Assembly: GCA_951406725.2 (NCBI GenBank)
Contig: OX597830.1
Location: 72,478,001-72,542,000 of the forward strand
Length of the DNA: 64,000 nucleotides
Direction of reading: 5' to 3'
DNA from: Octopus vulgaris
Taxonomy: Eukaryota
Part shown: positions 53,358 through 64,000 of the stretch, one piece after another
Layout: each line of letters starts with the position of its first letter
Numbering within the stretch: the stretch's first letter is position 1
The notes under the pieces: model-generated
What the model saw: only the letters and a program-made list of their open reading frames with translations
The model's database searches: none
What the model was told of the DNA's origin: nothing
Translations under genes and position numbers: made by a program

Positions 53358-53688
53358 TTATATATATGTATATATACACACAGAGACAAATATACATACA
53401 TATATATTTAAATTCCCAATGATTGAAGATTAACAGCACGCTTGAAACTCTGAGTACTTGTGAATTTGAAGCAAACTGATTTGATCCATAGATGTAATTC
53501 TCAATAAATATGTTGAATGCCTTTCTTTCGTTTATCTACTCACTCGCGTATATATATATGTGTATATATGTGTGTGTGTGTGTGTGCGTGCGTGTGCGTG
53601 CGTGTGTATGAGTGTGAGTATGAGTATATTTATATATATATATATATATATATATACATAGAGAGAGAGAGACAGACAGAGACAGAGA

Positions 53689-53769
<81 letters not shown>

Positions 53770-53815
53770 GTATATACATCCACATATTTATATGCGGTTA
53801 AGTATATATCCGGTC

Positions 53816-53879
53816 ATAGAGTGACCAATGATTTCGCACCCATAAAGCACTTAGCTTTATGGACGCCTCGCCAGATCTT
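53816..53879 (-). ncRNA. Type I hammerhead motif with A6G change
   Basis: Minus strand: agat-CTGGCGA-G-GCGTCCATAAAGC taagt GCTTTATGGGTGC-GAAA-TC att GG-TC-a(c)tct; 13-bp stem II; GUC triplet, predicted cleavage between 53823 and 53822. Confidence 0.7.
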
Positions 53880-54284
53880 TATGTCGAAGGGCATATACAT
53901 CTTCAAGGAATGGAGGTAGACATCCGTTACATTTTGTATCCACCCTGGGGGCATCGAGTAAGTGACGTTCCTGGAAATGCGACAAAACAACGAAACAAGA
54001 CGGACCAACAAAGATCAAAAAGGGGAAAAAAAACGAAATAAATAAGCAGAATATGTCTTTTGCGCCAAGCGAAGAGGAAAAAAAATAATAATACATGCAC
54101 AAAATAAAATTCTACATGGAGAACAAAAATGCCGTGAGCTAGCCGACAGATAAGTTTGAAGTAGCGCAAAGGCGAATGAAAACTGTCCTACAGGGTTTAA
54201 ACAAACGCAAGAGAAAGGTAGATTCAGGAGCTGAGAGAAGTGTGACCGATCAGGTCGAAGGCAACGCGAAAAAAAAATGATACT

Positions 54285-54508
54285 GCTTGGCAGAAAGGTT
54301 AGCACGCCGGGCAAAATGCGTAGCCGTATTTCGTCTGCCGTTACGTTCTGAGTTCAAATTCCGCCGAGATCGACTTTGCCTTTCATCCATTCGGGGTCGA
54401 TAAATTATGTACCAGTTACGCACTGGGGTCGATGTAATCGAGTTAATTCGTTTGTCTGTCCTGGTTTGTCCCCTCTATGTTTAGCCCCTTGTGGGTAATA
54501 AAGAAACA
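54285..54508 (+). mobile_element. SINE family B
   Basis: Close match to 39101-39287 including the gtttagccccttgtgggt tail. Confidence 0.9.
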
Positions 54509-55078
54509 TATGGAAAGTGGTAGTGGGAGGAGGGAGAAAGAGTGAGAGGGAACAGCAGGGAAGGAGAGAGAGAAAGACAGAGAAAAAGAGAGAGAAAATT
54601 TGAAATGGACGTAAAAGAAAGGAAAGAAACAGACTAAAGTGGCACAAGAAATATTGCAAGAATATTTTCTACGAATGGATAAAAAATAAGGAGTGTGTTG
54701 TGTTACGTAAATAATAGTTCCAGAAGTCAAAAACGTAGATATATAAGAGTATCTTTTGTGTGTGTGTGTAAGATGTTTTGTGTCAATATATACAACATAT
54801 GCGCGCCCGACTATGTTTGCATAAAAGTGTTCATTCTACAAAGTGAGTTACAACTCAAGCACCTCTCCTGCCTAAAACGGGCCGGACATGTCCGTAAGAA
54901 GGAATCTTGGTACGGATAGATCTTATAGCTGACAACTGATTAAACACGACTAGATAGGACAAGACTAGGCCAGAACAAGCCAGATTAGATTTGATATGTA
55001 AAATATCCCAAGATTGCTTGTTCTCAAATGACAAACAGAATATACATGTATATGTGTGTGAGAGAGAGAGAGATGTAC

Positions 55079-55116
<38 letters not shown>

Positions 55117-56069
55117 TGACAGAAAATCTGTGCTCGCTTACACTAAATTGATTCCATCTTGGAAAGACTCATCTCGCACAAGCTTTTTTTTCTTCTTTTT
55201 TTTGCTGTTTACTGTACGGGAACAAAAGTCTCTGCTTAACTGCGAATGATCGAGGCATCATCACTGAAGTGGCAAAATTACTCGAAACGCTGTATCTTGC
55301 AGACCGGTGACGTTGTTTGGAATGTGATGTATTTTTAAACATAAGCTCTCAGAATCTTTTTGCGAATGATTTTCCTTTCTTGTCAGAATAGTATTCAGAA
55401 TGTTTTGTTTTTTTTCTCAATGGCTCTTTTGAAAACTTTTGAGGGCTCTTTTGAAATCTGTTGAGAAAGGAAAAAGAAGGCATAGTTGATCTAGGGATCT
55501 GGTTCCATTGCTAACACAGTGAACCCACTACCTTACCCAAATGTGTCCTTTTGTATTACATATTTTCAGGAATCTTAGTATTTATTATCGCGCTGAACCT
55601 GTTTCTGTTTAGCTATATTGAACTTCTATCGCTAATGGTTCTGCACGTACAATATATTTTCTATATAACCATAGGTAGTTTTTCTTGACATAACTGGAGC
55701 TTAGAAACACCCGTTCACGCGCACACCCACCCACACACGTGTACGTGTATGTACCATACATACGTGCGCGCGTGTGTTTGTGCGTGTAGTTTTGTATACT
55801 TATATAGCGTGCATATCTCATAGTTTGTATATAGTTATATATACATAGTTAACGTGTAGTTGTTCATCAACATAACACTTAAAACGGCCAAAAACAATTG
55901 AGATATAACTGTTTAAAAAGGCTTCAAGTGTGTTGGGAAGTGAGATTCTAGGGATCTTTCTCTGTTGTTTATCAGCTTCTGTCTTGATAGTTATTATGCC
56001 TCTATTTAAGTGTTCTCGTTTGTAATATAAGAATAAGTTTACGCATATATGTATGTCAGTATGTATATG

Positions 56070-56108
<39 letters not shown>

Positions 56109-56168
56109 GCGTGTGTGTGTATGTGTAAGTGTGCGTGCGTATATATATATGTATATGTATATGCATAC

Positions 56169-56213
<45 letters not shown>

Positions 56214-56232
56214 TCAACGGTTTTATAAAATT

Positions 56233-56384
56233 GCAAGCATGATTGTATGGTTAAGGAGCTCTCGTGCTGTAACCATGTGGTTTCGTGTTCAATCCTACAT
56301 TACAACACCTTGAGAAACTGTCTTCTGTTACATTTCTGACAATACTTACAATGCCTCGTCAATGAATTTATCAATAACTGTGTC

Positions 56385-56444
<60 letters not shown>

Positions 56445-56750
56445 CGCTGTTTTTGCGTGTGTATGTGTGTCTGTGTGTGCGTGAGAGAGAGAAAGAGTAT
56501 TCCATGCTTGACCGCTATATCCTGAAGTTTTTTTTTTAAATCCTGTCTTTATTTTCTCTTATTTTCACCCCTACAGTACCTGACAACCGGTGTTGGTTTG
56601 ATTACATTCCCATAACTTGGTAGTTCTGAGACAAATAGAGGGATAATATAAGTACTAGACTTTTAAAAATACTTACTATGGCCGAATTTTTCTATCAAAT
56701 TCTTCCAAGAAGGTAACCCGTCACAGCCACAGTCAAAAGCTGAAACAAGT
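56233..56750 (+). mobile_element. Old family-A SINE
   Basis: aaccatgtggttt, tgacaaccggtgttgg, ataagtactag and ctgaaacaagta blocks. Confidence 0.65.
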
Positions 56751-56754
56751 ATAA

Positions 56755-56962
56755 CCCTTTCTACGGGAAGCACAAGGCCTCAAATTTAGGGGAAGGAATT
56801 AAGTCGATTAAATCGACCCCAGTGCGTAACTGGTACTCCTTTTATCGACCTCGAAAGGATGAAAGGCAAACTCGATCTGCGCGGAATTTGAACAACGTAA
56901 CGGTAGACAACAGACTGCTAAGCATTTCACCCGGCGTGCTAACGATTCTGCCAGCTCGCAGC
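56755..56962 (-). mobile_element. SINE family B
   Basis: atcgaccccagtgcgtaactggtact..gaaaggatgaaaggcaaa..gctaacgattctgccagctcgc. Confidence 0.9.
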
Positions 56963-57334
56963 CATTGAAACAAATATAATATATAAGATATGCATGGACC
57001 AGTGTGCATGGGTTTCCATGCATGTATTTGCTGTTATTTTAGTTGATATTCTTGTTTATTCATTGCCCAACGCTTACCACTAACACTGATGTATGATGGA
57101 TGCAGTCCAGATTTGTTTATTCCATATTTATAGATTACCAAGACAGGATTTCTTCCAATGTATTCTTGCATTCTCAAGAATCTATAGAGAAAACTGAACA
57201 TCACTTTTTGCTGTTATTTCTAGCAAAGCAAGAAAAGGCGTAGATGCCTTTGCACCTTGACATGTGGCTTTGTTGATGCAGTATCTTCAAGGCTACATAC
57301 TGTTGTGCATTTAAGCTGACGTCATCTGAATACT

Positions 57335-57467
<133 letters not shown>

Positions 57468-57637
57468 ATATATGTATATATATATTAACCTTGATATGAC
57501 TACAGAAGAGCTAAGATAATATGGGAATCACGTGTCCCCCATATTAAATGACTTTGCCAAATGTAAATTAATCTATTATGTTTCCCAGGTTTTATGCTGT
57601 GAGATCAGATTAAATACATACTCAGGGTATATTCATA

Positions 57638-57669
<32 letters not shown>

Positions 57670-57709
57670 GCTTGCCAGCTATCCATATGTACATATATGT
57701 ATGTTTTCT

Positions 57710-57777
<68 letters not shown>

Positions 57778-57959
57778 TAAAGGAGTGTGTGTGCGTGCGT
57801 ACGTGTGTGCAGGTGTGTATGTGTGTGTCTAGATATATACATATATATATATATTTCTGTGTGCGTATCTGAGTGTGTTAGTGTGCATGGATTAATTAAG
57901 TACTTTTCTTTAAAGTTGCCGAAAAATGTATCTCCTCCATATAATGTGTATATATACTC

Positions 57960-58221
57960 TTTACGCTTTTACTCTATTACTTGTTTCAGTCATTTGACTG
58001 CGGCCATGATGGAGCACAGCCTTTAGTCGAGCAAATCGACTCCAGGACTTATTCTTAGTAAGCCTAGTACTTATTCTATCGTTTCCTTTTGCCGAACCGC
58101 TAAGTTACGGGGACGTAAACACACCGCATCGGTTGTCAAGCGATATTGTGGGGACAAACAAATACACACAAACACACACACACACATACACATACACACA
58201 CGCACGCACACACACACACAT

Positions 58222-58265
<44 letters not shown>

Positions 58266-58425
58266 CGAGCTTCTTTCAGTTTCCGTCTACCAAATCCACT
58301 CACAAGACTTTGGTCGGCCCGAGGCTATAGTAGAGGACACTTGCCCATATTGCCACGCAGTTGTACTGTACCTGGAACCATGTGGTTCGTAAGCAAGCTA
58401 CTTACCGCACAGCCCTTCCTGCGCC
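57960..58425 (-). mobile_element. tRNA-derived SINE, family A
   Basis: Full-length match to 5237-5697 without the insert. Confidence 0.92.
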
Positions 58426-58624
58426 TATATATTAGTAAAATCTAAAAATTTTGAATTGTGGCTATGAGTTTCATGTTTTCAATTGCTCAAGCCATTTAAA
58501 TAAGGTTCTAGAGCAACAGTATATAATGTGACGCCACTTCCTCAATTTAATAATACGATTAAGCAGTTGTGAGATCTTTCAGAGTAACGTTTCTAGAAAT
58601 ATTACATCCTGTAATATTAATTTT

Positions 58625-58840
58625 GTTTCCATCTATAAGCACAAGGCCCGTAACTTTTGCAGGGTGGAGCTTAGTCAATTGCATCGATCCCAGTGCTCAA
58701 CTGGTATTTTAATTTTTTAACTCTAATGGAATCAATAAAAAAATTGACCTTAACCTAATTTGAACTGAGAACGTAAAGTTTGAAGAAAAACCGATATCAA
58801 TTTTGCCCAACGCAGTAACGATTCTGCCAGCTCGCCACCT
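58625..58840 (-). mobile_element. Old SINE family B
   Basis: gcacaaggcc..atcgatcccagtgctcaactggta..aacgattctgccagctcgccacct. Confidence 0.75.
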
Positions 58841-59376
58841 AACTGATACATAAATATATAATGTAGTGCTATAGTAAAATATAACATAGAAATATAGTAA
58901 TATATGATATATGATATAAAAATACTACTGTTTCAAGTAATCGAATGTTGTCAGTCAAATCAAATCAGATGGGTATGTTCGATTTTTAGTGCTCTCAAAT
59001 TTAAATTTAATGAAATCTTGTGCTGATGACAGGAATGCTGGAATAGGGATGTATTTCTAGCATCTCTATATCTGACTAACCCAGAAACACGATCACAAGT
59101 AATCTATTTTCGGGTGAACTTTCGTCATTTTCCCCTCTATGCCTACGTGAATTGTTTTTGAGTATACATTGTCTGGGAGACTCTTCTTATAGTAGAGGAA
59201 ATAGCTAAGTTCTTTGGCTGTTATTTCTAAAAGTTCGGTGTGTGGTAAAGCAAAGTTTTTTTTTTATATAAAGTAATATATATATAGGGAAAGTTTACGA
59301 AAATAAACAAAAGACGAAGGCAGGTGGAGTACAAACAAACAAATGTATTAGTATAGCGCTCAGGAATAGAAAAAGT

Positions 59377-59412
59377 ATTTTACGTTTCGAGCCTACGCTC
59401 TTCGACAGAAAG
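59377..59412 (-). ncRNA. Minimal hammerhead-like motif in a TA-flanked element (~59287-59490)
   Basis: Minus strand: CTTT-CTGTCGA-A-GAGC gtag GCTC-GAA-ACGT-A-AAA; A6 replaced by U; homologous to 22381 and 10731. Confidence 0.55.
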
Positions 59413-59533
59413 ATACACAGAAAAAAACAAGGAGAGAAAAAAATGCGTGTAGTAGCTAACGATCTACCAATGCGTCCTGACTTCGGACAATATATATATA
59501 TATATCCATATATGTGTGTGTGCTTACCTGTAG

Positions 59534-59573
<40 letters not shown>

Positions 59574-60308
59574 ATATATGTGTGTGTGTGCTTACCTGTA
59601 GATATATAAATATATATATATGCACTAAACCATGCGGTTTCGGTTTCTGACTTAGCTATGGCTCCCCAATGTCATTAATTTTATTGTAAGATTTATTGCA
59701 GGAACGGAATGGAGAAGCGTGGATTTTAAACAGAAGTACTCTGAAGAGCTACTAGGTTCTAATATTATCTTAGATTCGTCTCTGTAACATTTCGCTAACC
59801 ACAAATACAATAAACTCTTCTCTTTCACTCACAGACACACCAATCTGTTTGCGCATCAAATTAAACAGAGAAGAAACTTTCAAACTTGGTACTTACTACT
59901 TATCTTAGCAGAAAAGTTAATTTAAATATACGAAACCAATCAATAGAAAATTACGCACTATCGTTGTCGTTTAGTAATTTTCTTATTAGATAAAAGCACC
60001 ATTCCACAACTTAAAGATGTAAGGGTGGTTTTGTGATCATAATCTGATATAGCCATGTTATTGTTGTATATATGTCATTGTAGTATATAAATATATATAC
60101 ATATATATATATAGCTCGATTATCTTCATCATCATCATCAATAACATCACCATTATCATCATCATCATTAATGTTGATACTACTGTAGTAGTAGTAGTAG
60201 TAGTAGTAGTAGTGAGATAATGGTAGCTGTAATGAGCATTATGGTTTTACATTAGCGTTGATGTAAGAGCGTCGCATTATAGCAATTCTGTTTCTTAGTG
60301 TATGTGTG

Positions 60309-60346
<38 letters not shown>

Positions 60347-60773
60347 CGCGTGCTTATGTCTGTGTATGCATTAGTGTATTCGTGTGTGTGAGTCTCTGTG
60401 TGTGTGTATATGTGTCTATGTATGCATGTACGGTTGTGTGGGCTTGTGCTGTGTTTCTCAGAGAAGCAAAGGAAATGTGTCTAGAAGTGATTAATTGATA
60501 TGATTACTCATTGACGCTGGCTAAATTTTGGGTAACGATTTCATATAATAACAATTGAATATGAAAAGACAAAAAGTTTTCAGTGAATGGATGTAGGCTC
60601 CGTATAAATGAAGATAATCTACAAAGAAGCACATAGAAATACACATAAGAAAACATACAGAATATGACAAAAAATTTCATTGTATTATATCAACACAGCG
60701 GCATACAAAAATGTATACGTATGTATGTATTCACCGGTACGTACATATATATATATGTATATATATATGTATA

Positions 60774-60830
<57 letters not shown>

Positions 60831-60831
60831 T

Positions 60832-60889
<58 letters not shown>

Positions 60890-61138
60890 ATATATATATG
60901 CATATATATTTATATGTATACATATATATATATATATAATTATAAATATATATACATGTATATATATATTTATAGATATACGTATATATATATTCAGATA
61001 TATATATACATATATATATACACATGCATATTTATATATATACATACATATATATGCATGGGGGGTGGATGTATATATATATAAATCTAAATAAATGTAC
61101 ATAATTTATGACTTCGTTTGCTTTTCTCTAGTTGTAGG

Positions 61139-61170
<32 letters not shown>

Positions 61171-61207
61171 AGTATATATATGTCTATATATTTATATATA
61201 TATATGT

Positions 61208-61238
<31 letters not shown>

Positions 61239-61335
61239 GATAGACGTGTACATATACATACATCCATACATTTATACGTACTTAGCAACATACATATAAA
61301 AGAACGTATATACGTACGAATATGCATATACATAC

Positions 61336-61409
<74 letters not shown>

Positions 61410-61446
61410 GATAGTAAATATATATCCATACATATCTGTGTATGAT

Positions 61447-61521
<75 letters not shown>

Positions 61522-61859
61522 TAACATAATACATACATATCACCTCTATCATTTTCGGAAGCAATGGAACGTAAGGAGCCATTCAACATTAGCACCGGAT
61601 ATACCATAATTTTATGGCAGACAGAAATTTGAACACTGATTCATACACGGTAGACTGTGCATTGTGCAAGATTGAATACGTCCGCTATATTACCAAGTAT
61701 GGATGGTAGAATATTGCCAAAGGTTTTTACATGATTAGACATACAATTGAACAGAGACAAACATACATATATATACATTAAGCCATATATATATACATTA
61801 AGCCATATATATATATATATATATTTATGTGTGTGTATGTATATATTTGTTAATACATA

Positions 61860-61933
<74 letters not shown>

Positions 61934-63215
61934 GAGACAAACACAGGAACGTGTATCAGCACATTTTTGAGCATGTATGTGTACTTGCGAGTGTACATGT
62001 TTCTATATACCTGAGTCGTTTGCGATGTGAATGCGTTTGTGGAACTCTTACAATTTGTGTGTGTTTTTGTATGTTATTGTCATTGGAGATAAGAGGCAAG
62101 TAATTCCATTCCCTTGCATGAGAAATATATATATATATATATATATATTAGTATGTATATATATCATATTATATATGATATATATATATATATATATATT
62201 ATTTATTGTTACATATTGTATATATGATTATACGTATACATAAATCCACATATATATATATTTATATGTGTATGTACGTTCTTGTCTACGTTCGTATATA
62301 CGTATGTATGCTTAAAATTTGTTATTATGTATTTGTATTTATGTAAGCATATATATATATGTACGTATATGTGTGTGTATGTATGCCTATATATATATAT
62401 ATGTATATATCTACGTATGTGTTTGTATGTATGCCTATATATATATATATACGCACACGTATGCATGTATGTAAGTTGAAGTCATTATTCCCGATTAGTA
62501 ATGAATCTAGTTTTCATTTATAGGTAGTATTTGACTAGCTTCCTGTATTTTATCTCATCAGTTTTATGTGCAACCTTTCTGATCATTATTACGTCATGTG
62601 GATATGATGATTCCACCATCTTGAAATATCTATAATAATAAAATATCTCGCTACACACATACGTACATATATACACGTATACGTGCAAACGCAAGTACAA
62701 ACACATAATCACAACCTCAAGCACTCTCTGTAGCCCCACTACCAGCACCAACACCAACAAGAAGAACTAGAAGAAGAAGAAGACGGATGATAACATTACG
62801 AGACGGTTTTAACAACCATCTCACCCAACACTCGGAAAAATCACACGAAACTTTGGTCCCGAGTTTTAAGTGGTTTAGTTTAGTTTAGTTCAAGATACGG
62901 ACGCTAAAAATGAGTTGTGCAAGACATATTAAATTCAAATTCTTATTCAGAGAAATTATTTCTTAAAGCATGTGCTCTCTTCTTGATGCCTTTTGTAACG
63001 GAAGTTTGGAAGGATGGGAGGTGCGAAGTAATGGGAAAATGATCTTTATATTGGCACACAGAGAGAACGAAAGTGTATTGTAATGTTGTAATTCGACAAC
63101 AATATTTCGCACCGGTGAATGGGCCTAGCTTTCAAAGAAACCATTAATAAGTGCCGTATATATATATATATATATGTGTATGCATATATATATGTAGGTG
63201 TGTATGTGTTTATGC

Positions 63216-63264
<49 letters not shown>

Positions 63265-64000
63265 TGAATATATATGTTCGCATAAACGTGTATATAAAAA
63301 TACGTACATGTATATGTGTGTGTTCTTATGTATCATCTCTACATATGTGTATATGATGTCCGTATTCCTATTAAAATATATACATTCATATATATATATA
63401 CATTATATATATACATATGTACTTCATATATATATACACATACATAGCCTTGTATCCCATTATATATATATGTATGATTATATATATATATATATGCATA
63501 CATATATACATATATATATGCATATATATATATGCATAAATATATACATACACATATATATACTCACATTGATATGTATATGAATATGTATGTACGTATG
63601 TATGTAAGCATATAAGCATTACACATATGTGCGGACGCCCACTCGCACACAAAGGCACATACCTACACGCACACGGAGATGAAGTAAGGAGAGTGAACAT
63701 GATATCATAACACAGAACATAACACTATATACATTAGATTTTAAGGTGAAAATACAAATTGAATAAAAACATTGAATAGTTTTCTCCAACTTCTGTCTTT
63801 ATTGAAGCTATAATTATTTAGTTATTCAAATAAATATTATTTTAAAGAAACATTCTCAGTAGTAATGGATTTTAACGGATGAAAGCTTTTCTTATAAGTT
63901 TTTATATTTCATATCAATATATACGTATGTAGTATTTTAAAATATTGACAAAGATAGAAATTTCAATATATGCGATATAAGGGTATCAGTGTGCTTCTAT

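Noticed and set aside
59020-59065. CTGATGA-CAG gaatg CTG-GAAT
   Set aside because: No A15.1-U16.1 pair or stem I, no TA tail and no second copy.
59505-59620. Duplicated block containing a minus-strand CAGGTAAG donor
   Set aside because: Embedded in microsatellite with no upstream exon; simple local duplication.

Overview
AT-rich, microsatellite-saturated animal genomic DNA with no intact protein-coding gene. The repeat repertoire (tRNA-derived SINEs with internal microsatellites, very dense (TA)n/(TAG)n/(TTA)n arrays) suggests an octopus or other coleoid cephalopod intron or intergenic region; this assignment is an inference. Nearly all ORFs in the track are translated microsatellites. Recognisable content: decayed mariner and Tc1 transposons, two non-autonomous Helitrons, many SINE copies from several families, a probable LINE 3' end inserted in (TTA)n, and one candidate 51-nt coding exon on the minus strand. 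The most notable signal is about a dozen short, mutually divergent elements that each carry a type I hammerhead-ribozyme (HHR) fold, followed by a 50-230 nt tail that nearly always ends in a (TA)n array. Several have direct or inverted terminal duplications, as expected for Penelope-like pLTRs or non-LTR retrozymes. The set includes canonical cores (3453, 17925, 30779), apparent compensatory core variants (G3-C8, U3-A8) and minimal, probably dimeric forms. All folds were read by eye and activity is untested.
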